Shown: positions 1 through 9,334 of the stretch, piece after piece
How positions within the stretch are numbered: the stretch's first letter is position 1
Layout of the letters: each line of letters opens with the position of its first letter
Assembly: GCA_051746205.1 (NCBI GenBank)
Contig: JBNJEU010000005.1
Span: 1,344-65,343 of the forward strand
Direction of reading: 5' to 3'
DNA from: Pseudomonadota bacterium
GTDB lineage: Bacteria > Pseudomonadota > Gammaproteobacteria > Thiohalospirales > Thiohalospiraceae
DNA: 64,000 nucleotides
The notes under the pieces: generated by a model
Databases searched by the model: none
What the model saw: only the letters and a program-made list of their open reading frames with translations
What the model was told of the DNA's origin: nothing
Translations under genes and position numbers: made by a program

Positions 1-1654
1 TGGTCCCAAAGCCCTGCGTATTGATACCGAACAGCCAGAACTCGGCGGTGTCCGGGAACAGGTTCCATCCGGGGATGAACAGGAAGCCCTTGTAGATGAA
101 GATGTAGGCGAGGGTGGTGCCGAGGCCGGCGAGCATGCCGGCGACGGCGCCCTGGCGATTCATCCGCTTGTAGAAGATCCCCATCATCAGCACCGGGAAC
201 AGGGAGGAGGCGGCGAGCCCGAAGGCCAGTGCCACCACCTCCGCCGCGAAGCCGGGTGGATTGAGCCCCAGATAACCGGCCAGCAGGATGGCCAGCGTCA
301 TGGCGATCCGGCCCGCCCGGAGCTCGTGTCGTTCGCTGATGTTCGGCGCGATGATGCGCTTGAGCAGGTCATGCGAGATGGACGACGAGATCACCAGCAG
401 CAGCCCGGCCGCCGTGGAGAGCGCCGCCGCGATGCCGCCCGCCGCCACCAGGGCGATCACCCAGTTGGGCAGGTTGGCGATCTCCGGGTTGGCCAGCACC
501 ATGATGTCACGGTCCACTTCCAGCTCGTTGCCCTGCCAGCCGTACTCCTCCTCGGCGAAGGCGTTGAACTCCTCGTTACTGTCGTTGTAGAAGTTGATGC
601 GACCATCATCGGCCTTGTCCTCGTAGGTGATCAGCCCGGTATCCTGCCAGGTGCGCATCCACTCCGGCCGGTCCTCGTAGGCGAGGGTCGACTCCGTGGC
701 GATCTCGTCACCGGTGTGGACCGTCTTCACCAGGTTGTAGATGGACAGGGCACCGACCGCCGGGGCGGTGGTGTAGAGGATGGCGATGAAGACCAGCGCC
801 CAGCCGGCCGACTTCCGGGCGTCACGCACCCGCGGCACGGTGAAGAAGCGGACGATGACGTGGGGCAGACCGGCGGTGCCGATCATCAGCGCCATGGTCA
901 GCAGGAACATGTTCAGCGTGTCGAACGCGCTGTTGGTGGTGTACTCGGCGAAACCGATGTCCACCATCACCTGGTCCAGCCGATCCAGCATGAACTGCCC
1001 GCTGCCGTCGGCGACGGTGGCGCCGAGGCCGACCTGCGGCAGCAGCCAGCCGGTGAGCTGGAAGGAGATGAAGATCGCCGGCACGGTGTAGGCGAAGATC
1101 ATCACCACGTACTGGGCGATCTGGGTGTAGGTGATGCCCTTCATGCCGCCGAGCACGGTGTAGCTGAAGACCACCGCCATGCCGACGACCATGCCCCAGA
1201 ACAGCTCGATCTCCAGGAAACGGGAGAAGGCGATGGAGACGCCGCGCATCTGCCCGATGATGTAGGTGATGGAGATCACCAGCAGGGCAATGACCGCCAC
1301 GGTGCGGGCCGTCTGCGAGTAGAACCGGTCACCGATGAAGTCCGGCACCGTGAACTTGCCGAACTTGCGCAGGTACGGTGCCAGCAGCAGGGCCAGCAGC
1401 ACATAGCCGCCGGTCCAGCCCATCAGATAGGTCGAACCGCTGTAGCCCATGAAGGCGATGAGACCGGCCATGGAGATGAACGAGGCCGCAGACATCCAGT
1501 CGGCCGCCGTGGCCATGCCGTTGGCGACCGGGTGGATGCCCTTGCTGGCGACGTAGAACTCGCTGGTGGAGCTGGCGCGCGACCAGATGGCGATCCCGAT
1601 GTAGAGCGCGAAGGACGCGCCCACGAACAGCCAGATGAGAGTTTGAAGTTCCAT
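1..1654 (-). CDS. actP: Sodium:solute symporter, ActP (cation/acetate symporter)-like; 3' end runs off the window
   Basis: Read from ATG at 1654: MELQTLIWLFVGASFALYIGIAIWSRASSTSEFYVA...GMATAADWMSAASF, later MIGTAGLPHVIVRFFTVP, which are ActP-subfamily motifs. Preceded by DUF4212. Substrate not proven. Confidence 0.8.
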   Translation of the reverse strand, partial: MELQTLIWLFVGASFALYIGIAIWSRASSTSEFYVASKGIHPVANGMATAADWMSAASFISMAGLIAFMGYSGSTYLMGWTGGYVLLALLLAPYLRKFGKFTVPDFIGDRFYSQTARTVAVIALLVISITYIIGQMRGVSIAFSRFLEIELFWGMVVGMAVVFSYTVLGGMKGITYTQIAQYVVMIFAYTVPAIFISFQLTGWLLPQVGLGATVADGSGQFMLDRLDQVMVDIGFAEYTTNSAFDTLNMFLLTMALMIGTAGLPHVIVRFFTVPRVRDARKSAGWALVFIAILYTTAPAVGALSIYNLVKTVHTGDEIATESTLAYEDRPEWMRTWQDTGLITYEDKADDGRINFYNDSNEEFNAFAEEEYGWQGNELEVDRDIMVLANPEIANLPNWVIALVAAGGIAAALSTAAGLLLVISSSISHDLLKRIIAPNISERHELRAGRIAMTLAILLAGYLGLNPPGFAAEVVALAFGLAASSLFPVLMMGIFYKRMNRQGAVAGMLAGLGTTLAYIFIYKGFLFIPGWNLFPDTAEFWLFGINTQGFGT

Positions 1655-1663
1655 GGCGGCCCC

Positions 1664-1930
1664 TTAGTCCTCGTAGACGTTGAACTTGCGATCGAGCTGA
1701 TTCATCTTCCACGCGTAGAAGAAGATCAGGACGATGAACGTGAAGATGGAACCCTGCTGGGCGAACCAGAAGCCCAGCGGATAGCCGCCGAGACTGATGG
1801 TGTTCAGCGCGTCCACCAGAAGGATCCCGAAGCCGAAGGACACGATGAACCATACGACGAGACAGCCCAGCAGAAGGCGGACGTTCGCCTTCCAGTAGGC
1901 CGTCGCCTGTTCATTGTCGATTGTTGTCAT
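1664..1930 (-). CDS. DUF4212 protein, putative small subunit of the solute:sodium symporter
   Basis: 88 aa with two hydrophobic helices and the motif GGYPLGFWFAQQGSI. Strong SD (GAGGA). Directly upstream of the symporter. Confidence 0.9.
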   Translation of the reverse strand: MTTIDNEQATAYWKANVRLLLGCLVVWFIVSFGFGILLVDALNTISLGGYPLGFWFAQQGSIFTFIVLIFFYAWKMNQLDRKFNVYED

Positions 1931-2038
1931 TCCTCTCTCTCCTCTTATGGTCTTGATGTCGTCCCGGAGGACAAACCGTCTTCCCCGTTTTACCGCCGGG
2001 GCGGCGGTGTTCCATCGGCTCCCTGCCGGTTGGAAGTC

Positions 2039-3925
2039 CTAGAGTTGATAGGCCAGGGCGATGCGCGACTGCAGTTTGCGCGCCTGTCGGAACGCCTCCT
2101 TGAGGATGCGGCGGTCCAGTTCGTTGAGGTCGTCCGGGTCGATCCAGTTGTCCAGCGGTTCCCCGGCGCCGGCCTGGCGGCGATGGTGCTGCATGCGCAG
2201 CCACTGGATGAATTCGTAGGCGTCGCGCCAGGCGGCGACGTCCTCGGCCGGTGCCTCGCCGGTGTCGGTCATGGCCTGCAGCCGATCGAGGGTGTTGGTG
2301 GCTGATGACCGGAGGGTCAGTGCCTGCAACCGGGCGGCGTCAACGAACGGGGTCAGGCCCTGGACCTTCAGATCGAGACCGCTGCGGCCCTGGGCGTCGT
2401 GGCTGAGCTTGAAATCGCGGAACAGCCCGAGCGGTGGGCGGTTGCGCAGCACGCTTTCGGCCAGCTGGCGGCGGAACCGATCGTTCTGCGCGGTGGCCCC
2501 GAGCAGCCAGTCACGCAACTCCGTGGCGGGATGTTCTTCGCCCCAGAGCACCCGGAAATCGAAGAAGACGGTGGCATTGAGAAGGTGCTGCGGCGTGCCC
2601 TGTTCCAGCCAGCGCTCGAAACGCGCGCGCCATTCCGACGTGCTCAGGCAGCATTCCGGGTTCGAGGCCATGATGTTGCCGGGACAGAGGGGGAAGCCGA
2701 CCCGCGCCAGGTCATGGTTGATGGCCTCCGCCAGAGAGAGCAGCTCGCGGCGCTGTTCCTCGAGGTCGATCCCGGCCACCGGCTCGAACAGGATGCCGTT
2801 GTCCTGATCGGTCTTGAGGGTCTGTTCGCCCCGCCCCTCGCTGCCGAAGGCAAGCCATGTGAAGGGGGTTCGCGGCCTGCCGTGGTCGGCGAGGTTCAGC
2901 CGGATCACCGCCCGGGTGACGTGGTCGTTGAGGGTCGCGATGAGCCGCGCGCTGGCGGCGGCGCCGGTGCCCTGGGCCAGCAGCTGGTCGATGAGCCGGT
3001 GCAGGTCGCCCTGCAGAGCGATCAGGGTCTCCATGTCCGGGGCATCGTCGATGGCACGGGCGAGGCCGACCACGCTCACCGAGCGCGTGCTGAACAGGGC
3101 CTCCTCGTTGACCACCGCCAGCAGGGCACCGTTGTCCACCACGCAGACATGCTCGCGCCCGTGCTCGGCCATGGCGCGGGCGGCGACCCAGGCCGGCTGA
3201 TCCGCCTCCAGGAGCAGCGGGTCTTCCTCCATCACCTCGGCCAGCGCGGTCCCCAGTGGGCGTTGCGGGAGGACCAGGCGATGGATGACCGCGTGCGTGG
3301 TCAGCAGGCCGCGCGGGGCGCCGGTCTCGTCCACGACCGCGACCGCACCCATGGGAATGCTCGCCAGCCGTTGCAGCGCTTCGGAGAGCGGCGCGCTATG
3401 CGCGACCATGGTGGTGTCGGGGGAGACCAGCTCGCCCAGCGGGGCCTGCAACGAGGTGGAGAAGGTGGCCATGCCCGGCTCTTCGCGGCTGTGGCGGCGC
3501 AGGGCCTGGTCCAGCAGGTTGGCCAGCCGGCGGCCGCAGAAGTCCTGGAAGAGCGGGCTGCGTTCACGCAGGGCGTCGAAATCGTCGCGCGGCAGCTCGA
3601 AGCAGAAGGTGTCCTCCACGGCCCGGTGGCGTGTGTGGACCGGCCGGCGGGAAAGCAGGGCGCCGATGGGAAAGCATTCGCCGGTGACCAGCTCCCAGGC
3701 CTCGGCGTCGCCACCGGCCTCGCCGCGCACGCGACCCTGCTTGATGATGTAGAAGAGTTCCGCCTCGCCCTGTTCCGGAGCGGTCAGCAGCTCGCCTCGC
3801 GGGAAGAAGGTCAGTTTCAGCCGCCGTGCCAGCCACTGGAGATCGGCTCCGCTCATGTCGGCGAAGGGAGCGTGGCGGCGGAGGAAGTCCACCGTGGGCT
3901 GGAGGGGGTCGCTCTCCGTCATCAT
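2039..3925 (-). CDS. cNMP-binding + CBS pair + DUF294 putative nucleotidyltransferase
   Basis: N-terminal cNMP-like domain (FFPRGELL...FYIIKQGRV), central CBS repeats, NTase motif AFGSEGRGEQTLKTDQDNG, DUF294_C region (DLKVQGLTPFVDAAR). Confidence 0.88.
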   Translation of the reverse strand: MMTESDPLQPTVDFLRRHAPFADMSGADLQWLARRLKLTFFPRGELLTAPEQGEAELFYIIKQGRVRGEAGGDAEAWELVTGECFPIGALLSRRPVHTRHRAVEDTFCFELPRDDFDALRERSPLFQDFCGRRLANLLDQALRRHSREEPGMATFSTSLQAPLGELVSPDTTMVAHSAPLSEALQRLASIPMGAVAVVDETGAPRGLLTTHAVIHRLVLPQRPLGTALAEVMEEDPLLLEADQPAWVAARAMAEHGREHVCVVDNGALLAVVNEEALFSTRSVSVVGLARAIDDAPDMETLIALQGDLHRLIDQLLAQGTGAAASARLIATLNDHVTRAVIRLNLADHGRPRTPFTWLAFGSEGRGEQTLKTDQDNGILFEPVAGIDLEEQRRELLSLAEAINHDLARVGFPLCPGNIMASNPECCLSTSEWRARFERWLEQGTPQHLLNATVFFDFRVLWGEEHPATELRDWLLGATAQNDRFRRQLAESVLRNRPPLGLFRDFKLSHDAQGRSGLDLKVQGLTPFVDAARLQALTLRSSATNTLDRLQAMTDTGEAPAEDVAAWRDAYEFIQWLRMQHHRRQAGAGEPLDNWIDPDDLNELDRRILKEAFRQARKLQSRIALAYQL

Positions 3926-3967
3926 CGGCTCGTCGGGTGGCTGCCGGGCATGGCCACGAACGACAAG

Positions 3968-3982
3968 GCAGGATGTGTGCCA
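3968..3982 (-). promoter_or_regulatory. Sigma-54 (-24/-12) promoter for the DUF294 gene
   Basis: Minus strand reads TGGCAC-ACATC-CTGC, with GG-N10-GC spacing matching TGGCAC-N5-TTGC; ends 43 bp upstream of the ATG at 3925. Confidence 0.75.
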
Positions 3983-4031
3983 GAAATTACTTCTCGTTTT
4001 TCAGTAGGTTGAGGAGGGGTTCCCCGGGCAT

Positions 4032-4071
4032 CGTTACGCAGGGTAACATCGAGGTGTTACGGAATGTAACA
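4032..4071. promoter_or_regulatory. Two tandem palindromic enhancer sites, putative CbrB UAS
   Basis: CGTTAC-GCAGG-GTAACA at 4032-4048 and TGTTAC-GGAAT-GTAACA at 4055-4071; about 85 and 105 bp upstream of the predicted sigma-54 start site. Confidence 0.7.
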
Positions 4072-4079
4072 GTACGGTT

Positions 4080-4952
4080 CTACTTGTTACGCCGTTCGAC
4101 TTCCAGCTTGTGGATGTAACGCTGGATCCGGGATTCGGTCCCCCCTCGCAGGTTGTGGAAGGCGCAACCCACGCGGCGAACGGTGCGACTGTTGGTCAGG
4201 GTGGTGTCGAAGACGCCGCGGATCTCCAGATTCAGATGCATCGTGCCTTGTTCCGGCAGATAGAGCTCGGCGCCCTCGACGACCTGGAAGCGTTCCACTT
4301 CGATGGCGCACTCGTGATCCACCAGCCCGATCCCGCCGATTGAAATGTCCTGTACATCCAGTGTGTGCTGCTCGCCGTGAATGTCGCTAATGGTGCAGAT
4401 CGCCTTGTCTTCGATGCCTTGAGGAACGGGCGCGCGAAAGGCCTCGCGACGCTGCAGGCGCAGCACTTCGGTCGGGAGCGGCATTAGAAAGACGGGTTCG
4501 CCCTTGAGGCGAGCGGCCTGGATGTCCGAGGCAACGAACTGGGTGGTGGCGTGGTTGTGCTTGGTGTCGAACAGGACGTGATCGGCTTCCAGCAGGCGCT
4601 GATTCGCCTTCTCGTCGCCCGAACGTTCCATGATCAGCATGTCGCGCTTGGGATCGACATGGATGATCGAAGTCAGCAGGAAATGCCCGGTCTCGTCACT
4701 GTAATAGGCGGAGAACTGGTGGGCTTCCTTCTGCAGCTGGCGCAGCAGGCTGACCCGCTCCATCTGGGAGCGAATCATGAACTTTTCATAGTCGGGGTCG
4801 CCGACCAGGCGCAGGGGCCGCTGTTCCTCCTCGTTCGAGGAGTCGTCCGGCGCCGTCCCTTTCGGGTCTGCGGTCCCTTGCACCGCCCCGTCCAGGTCGT
4901 TCTGCTCCTCGGGGCTGTTGTCGAGATCCGTTGGTTCGACCATAGGTGTCAT
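4080..4952 (-). CDS. ycgR: Flagellar brake protein YcgR (YcgR-N + PilZ)
   Basis: PilZ motifs QRREAFR (RxxxR) and DISIGG (DxSxxG) intact; C-terminal ESRIQRYIHKLEVERR. Confidence 0.85.
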   Translation of the reverse strand: MTPMVEPTDLDNSPEEQNDLDGAVQGTADPKGTAPDDSSNEEEQRPLRLVGDPDYEKFMIRSQMERVSLLRQLQKEAHQFSAYYSDETGHFLLTSIIHVDPKRDMLIMERSGDEKANQRLLEADHVLFDTKHNHATTQFVASDIQAARLKGEPVFLMPLPTEVLRLQRREAFRAPVPQGIEDKAICTISDIHGEQHTLDVQDISIGGIGLVDHECAIEVERFQVVEGAELYLPEQGTMHLNLEIRGVFDTTLTNSRTVRRVGCAFHNLRGGTESRIQRYIHKLEVERRNK

Positions 4953-4970
4953 GTACCACGGTTTCAGGAA

Positions 4971-4997
4971 TGATCGGACGTGGCGTGGTTCGGTTCA
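4971..4997 (-). promoter_or_regulatory. Possible sigma-28 (FliA) promoter of ycgR
   Basis: Minus strand TGAA-N15-TCCGATCA versus consensus TAAA-N15-GCCGATAA; ycgR is FliA-dependent in enterics. Confidence 0.45.
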
Positions 4998-5069
4998 GGA
5001 GTTCACGCGGATGACGCCAATGTTACCGAAAGCCGCGCCCGTTGGATACCATCCGACCATTCTCGGGAA

Positions 5070-6389
5070 TCAGGCCCGGCGTGGGATCCCGAGCCGCTGG
5101 CGTCGTTCCCAGAGGGTCTTGCGGCTGATCCCCAGACGGCGTGCCAGCTCGGTTTCGGTGAGCTGGCCCTCGTGTTCGCGCACGAAATGGACAAAATAGT
5201 CGTCGAGAGAGAGCTCGTCGAGGCTCGGTTGTCGGCTCCGAGCCGTGGTCAGGCCCAGATCGTCGGTGTCCAGTGTCTGGCCGTCGGCGAGGATCACGGC
5301 CCGTTCCAGGGTGTTCTCCAGCTCGCGCACATTGCCCGGCCACGGGTGTGCCGCGATGGTTGCCAGTGCGGAGTCGGTGAGTGTCATCGGCGGGCGGTTG
5401 AGGCGGTGACAGGATCGGTCGAGGAGTTCGCGCGCCAGCGCGGGGACGTCGTCGCCGCGTTCGCGCAATGGCGGCAGACGGATCTCCATGACGTGGAGGC
5501 GATAGTAGAGGTCCTCGCGGAAGTCGCCGGCGGCCACCAGCGACTGGAGGTCGCGATGGGTGGCCGCCAGCAGGCGCACGTCCACGTGCCGGGCCTGGTT
5601 CGCCCCGACCCGACGCACCTCGCCGGCCTGGAGGACCCGCAGTAGCCGCGCCTGAGCCTCCAGCGGCAATTCGCCGATCTCGTCGAGGAAGAGGCTGCCG
5701 CCCTCGGCCGCCTCCACCAGTCCGTGGTGGCGACTGTCGGCGCCGGTGAACGCCCCCTTTTCATGGCCGAAGAGTTCCGACTCGATGAGGCCGGAGGGGA
5801 TCGCCGCGCAGTTGACGTTGATCAAGGGTCCCTGCCTGCGTGGACTCTGTTCGTGGATGGCGCGTGCCACCAGTTCCTTTCCGGTCCCGGATTCGCCGAG
5901 CACCAGCACGGTGGTGTCGGTGGGCGCGACGCGCCGGATGCGATCGAAGACCGTCTGCATCGCGGGGCTCTCGCCGATCATGCCCGAGGTGGGTCGATGA
6001 CGCGCCAGCTCACCACGCAGCGCGGCGTTCTCCCGTTCCAGCTCGCCCTGGCGCAGGGTGCGTTCCACCAGGAGGGTCAGTTCGTCGTGGTCGAACGGTT
6101 TGGCGATGTAGTCCACCGCTCCCTCCTTCATCGACTCCACCGCCGAGCGCACACTGGCGTAGCTCGTGAGGACGATGACCGGGGCCTCGGTACGGGGGAT
6201 GATCGCGGTGCCCTGACCATCGGGCAGGCGCAAGTCGGTGAGGACCAGATCGAAGGTGGCGTCGGTCAGCGCCGCCTCAGCGGTCGCCCGATCCGCCACC
6301 GCAGTGACGCGATGGCCGGCCCGTTCCAGAACCCGGACCAGGCTGTCGCGGGTGATGGCCTCGTCCTCGATGATCAGCAGATGGCTCAT
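5070..6389 (-). CDS. cbrB: Sigma-54-dependent response regulator CbrB (REC-AAA+-HTH)
   Basis: REC (LTDLRLP), Walker A GESGTGKE, GAFTGA loop, and C-terminal LSLDDYFVHFVREH...TETELARRLGISRKTLWERRQRLGIPR typical of CbrB. Confidence 0.88.
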   Translation of the reverse strand: MSHLLIIEDEAITRDSLVRVLERAGHRVTAVADRATAEAALTDATFDLVLTDLRLPDGQGTAIIPRTEAPVIVLTSYASVRSAVESMKEGAVDYIAKPFDHDELTLLVERTLRQGELERENAALRGELARHRPTSGMIGESPAMQTVFDRIRRVAPTDTTVLVLGESGTGKELVARAIHEQSPRRQGPLINVNCAAIPSGLIESELFGHEKGAFTGADSRHHGLVEAAEGGSLFLDEIGELPLEAQARLLRVLQAGEVRRVGANQARHVDVRLLAATHRDLQSLVAAGDFREDLYYRLHVMEIRLPPLRERGDDVPALARELLDRSCHRLNRPPMTLTDSALATIAAHPWPGNVRELENTLERAVILADGQTLDTDDLGLTTARSRQPSLDELSLDDYFVHFVREHEGQLTETELARRLGISRKTLWERRQRLGIPRRA

Positions 6390-9334
6390 GGCATCGTCTC
6401 CATCGCGGTGGTCTGTGGGGCCCCGCTGGCGGCCGGCAGGCTCAGGTGCGCGCGCGTGCCCTCACCGGGGCGGCTCTCGAACTGGATGGTGCCGTCGTGG
6501 GCCTGGATGATGGCATAGACCACCGCCAGTCCGATTCCGGTCCCCTGTCCCGGTGGCTTGGTGGTGAAAAAGGGCTCGAACAGACGCGACATGTCCTCGG
6601 GGGCGATGCCGCCGCCCTCGTCGAAGATGTCCAGCTCGATGCCGGCGGCGGTCCGTTCGGCGGTGACCTCGATGATTCCGCCGTCGGGGGAGGCGTCGGC
6701 GGCGTTGTTGAGCAGGTTGACCAGGACCTGCAGCAGGCGCGGTTCGTCACCGTGGAGGTAGAATCCCTGCGGGATGTCGCGCTGGAAGGCGACCCGGCGT
6801 CCGGCATGGGACAGACTCACCAGCCGGACCGCTTCCTCCACCAGCGGTGCCACGGCCACGGGCGTCGGGTGGTGCCCCTCCCGATCGCCGCCGTGGCTGA
6901 AACGCAGCAGCGACTGAACAATGGCGCCGATCCGCTCGGTCTGGTCGCGGATCTGGCGCAGTCCGTCGCGGCAGCCCTCCGGAGCGGTGGTGTCCAGATC
7001 CTGGGCGAGGCAGGCGATGTTGGTGACCGGGTTGCCGATCTCGTGGGCCACCCCGGCGGCGAGTCGACCGATGGAGGCGAGGCGTTCGTTGTGGGCCAGT
7101 TCGGCCTCGAGACTCTGGAGGTCGGTGAGATCCTCCAACAGCAGCACCGTGCCGGCGCCCTCCACCTCGATGGCGGCCTTGTGCAGGTTGAACCAGCGGG
7201 TCCGGCCGTTATGGGCCACCTGGACCTTGCGCAGCGACTCCTCGTCGGCGCGCAGGAAGCCGCTGAGCAGTCCCCCCCAGGGGGGGCGCAGTTCGGCCAG
7301 AGGACGTCCCACCACGTCATCGGAGGCGAGGCCGGTGAGCGCTTCCAGCGCCTGGTTCCAGTGGATGACCTCGCCGTCGCCACTGATGGTCGCGGCACCC
7401 AGCGGCAGATCGTGCAGCACCTGCCGATGGTAGCGCCGGAGGGCGTCCAGCTGCACCGAGAGGCCCCGGAGTTCGGTGTGGGAATCCTCCAGACGCGCCT
7501 CGATGTGGCGCACGGTGTCGGCCAGCGCAATCTGGGCGCGGGGCTCCAGATGCAGACGCTCGTCGACGATCATCCGTGCCAGTAGTGGCCCCATCAGACC
7601 GGAGAGATTGCGCTCGATCTGGCGACGCAGCCGGGTCAGTGCCTCCGGCTGGTCCTCGTCGGGGGAAAGGTCCAGATCCTTCAGGGCGCGCCGGACCTCG
7701 CGGCGTGCTACATCCTCGCCCACGGCCTCGGCGAGGCGGTCGGCGAACTGGCCAGCGGAGGTGGCGGTGACCACGCCGATTTCCTCGGTCTCGCCGGAGC
7801 GCAGACAGAGACGGGCGCTCTGTTCCTCGGCGGCGGTGGGGCGGGTCAGCAGGCTCAACAGGATGAACAGGGTGCCGTTGACCAACAGGGTCGCGGCGGT
7901 GGCCACGAACCAGGGATCGGCGTCCGCCAGCCCGAGGGCCGCCTGGGCGTCGAAACCCGTGGTCAGGAGTCCGGCGTTTTCCAGCAGCGGGAGCAACAGC
8001 AGTACGGCCCAGACCGTAGCGCCGCCGAGCAGTCCGCCGACAAATCCGTGCCGGGTCGCCCGGGCCCAGAAGAGCAGACCGATGATCCCGGGCAGGAACT
8101 GGGCCACGGCGACGAAGGAGATGAGCCCCATCTCCACCAGCCCCTCGCGATGCTCCAGCAGCCGATAGAAGGCGTAGCCGGCCAGAATGATCAGGGCGAT
8201 GACCACGCGTCGACTCCAGGTCAGCCAGCGGTAGAGGTTACCGCTCTCGGCCGGGCGCTGGGGCAGGCTGGCCGGCAGCAACAGGTGGTTCATCACCATC
8301 GCCGCCAGGGCCAGAGTGGTGACGATGACCATGGCGCTGGCGGCCGAGACGCCACCCATGAAGGCGGCGAGGGTCAGCAGGTCATTGCCCTGGGAGAGCG
8401 GCAGCACCAGCACGTGGTAGTCCGGCGACCCCGGTGCCTCGGTGGCCTGGCCGGCCCAGAGGATCGGCGGGATGGCCAGATTGAGCAACAACAGAAACAG
8501 CGGGAAGCCCCAGGCTGCGGTTCGCAGCGCCCGTTCCGACGGCGCCTCGGCGAAGGCCATGTGGAACTGGCGCGGCAGCAGGAACGCGGCGGCAAAGGCG
8601 AGCAGCAGCAGGCTGGTCCAGGCGCCGTCGTGCATCGGCGTGTACATCGCCTCCAGCGCTTGGGGGTTGGCCTCCAGCCATTCGCCGAGACCGAGCGGTC
8701 CGCCGAAGACTCCGAACAGGGCGAACAGGCCCACCGCCAGCAGCGTCGACAGTTTGACCACCGACTCGAAGGCGACGGCCATGACCAGCCCGTCGTGCCG
8801 CTCGCCGGGGGCAACATGGCGCGTGCCGAACAGGGTGGCGAACAGGACGAGCAGGGCACAGAAGCCCAGCGCCAGGGTCTGTGGCGGCGTCTTCTGGGTC
8901 AGTACCTGGGCCGATTCGGTCACCGCTCGGATCTGCAAAGCCAGATAGGGCAGGGTCCCGACGAGCATGAACAGAGTCACGACCACCCCGGCCAGCTGAC
9001 TGCGGTAGCGGAAGGTGAACAGATCGGCCAGGGAGGTGAGCTGATGCTCCCGGGTCAGGCGCAGGATGGGCAGCAGCAGAACCGGCGTCAGCAGAAAGAC
9101 GAGGGTGGGGCCCAGATAGATGGTCAGGAAATTGAAGCCGTGATCCGCGGCGTAGCCGACGCTGCCGTAGAAGCTCCAGGTGGTGGCGTAGACTCCCAGG
9201 GCGAGGATGTAGATCACCGGATGCTGGACCAGTCGGGGGGGCAGCAGTCCCCGATCGGTGACATGGGCGATCACGAACAGCAGCGACAGGTAGCCGAAGG
9301 CCACTGCGAAGAGCAGGGCGACATCAACGGTCAT
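6386..9334 (-). CDS. cbrA: CbrA sensor histidine kinase (SLC5 transporter domain, PAS, HisKA, HATPase)
   Basis: Start set at MTVDVALL. Multi-TM SLC5-like N-terminus (LALGVYATTWSFYGSVG), H-box GVAHEIGNP, G-box GTGIGL. 4-bp overlap with cbrB. Confidence 0.88.
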   Translation of the reverse strand: MTVDVALLFAVAFGYLSLLFVIAHVTDRGLLPPRLVQHPVIYILALGVYATTWSFYGSVGYAADHGFNFLTIYLGPTLVFLLTPVLLLPILRLTREHQLTSLADLFTFRYRSQLAGVVVTLFMLVGTLPYLALQIRAVTESAQVLTQKTPPQTLALGFCALLVLFATLFGTRHVAPGERHDGLVMAVAFESVVKLSTLLAVGLFALFGVFGGPLGLGEWLEANPQALEAMYTPMHDGAWTSLLLLAFAAAFLLPRQFHMAFAEAPSERALRTAAWGFPLFLLLLNLAIPPILWAGQATEAPGSPDYHVLVLPLSQGNDLLTLAAFMGGVSAASAMVIVTTLALAAMVMNHLLLPASLPQRPAESGNLYRWLTWSRRVVIALIILAGYAFYRLLEHREGLVEMGLISFVAVAQFLPGIIGLLFWARATRHGFVGGLLGGATVWAVLLLLPLLENAGLLTTGFDAQAALGLADADPWFVATAATLLVNGTLFILLSLLTRPTAAEEQSARLCLRSGETEEIGVVTATSAGQFADRLAEAVGEDVARREVRRALKDLDLSPDEDQPEALTRLRRQIERNLSGLMGPLLARMIVDERLHLEPRAQIALADTVRHIEARLEDSHTELRGLSVQLDALRRYHRQVLHDLPLGAATISGDGEVIHWNQALEALTGLASDDVVGRPLAELRPPWGGLLSGFLRADEESLRKVQVAHNGRTRWFNLHKAAIEVEGAGTVLLLEDLTDLQSLEAELAHNERLASIGRLAAGVAHEIGNPVTNIACLAQDLDTTAPEGCRDGLRQIRDQTERIGAIVQSLLRFSHGGDREGHHPTPVAVAPLVEEAVRLVSLSHAGRRVAFQRDIPQGFYLHGDEPRLLQVLVNLLNNAADASPDGGIIEVTAERTAAGIELDIFDEGGGIAPEDMSRLFEPFFTTKPPGQGTGIGLAVVYAIIQAHDGTIQFESRPGEGTRAHLSLPAASGAPQTTAMETMP

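Noticed and set aside
1992-2008. ACCGCCG-GGG-CGGCGGT hairpin between DUF294 and DUF4212
   Set aside because: There is no U-tract in the direction of transcription, so it is not called a terminator; at most a stability element.
3922-3951. 9-codon upstream ORF MPGSHPTSR whose TGA overlaps the DUF294 ATG, just after the predicted sigma-54 start site
   Set aside because: It could be a near-leaderless coupling peptide, but nothing distinguishes it from chance without conservation data.
326-4012. Long plus-strand ORFs (659 aa, 537 aa) and similar antisense ORFs opposite smc, ligA, bamA and others
   Set aside because: They mirror real genes on the opposite strand and show no family motifs; typical high-GC artefacts.
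4055-4071. The palindrome also fits the Firmicute GlnR/TnrA box TGTNA-N7-TNACA
   Set aside because: Those regulators are not expected in this lineage. The sigma-54 promoter and adjacent cbrB explain it better.
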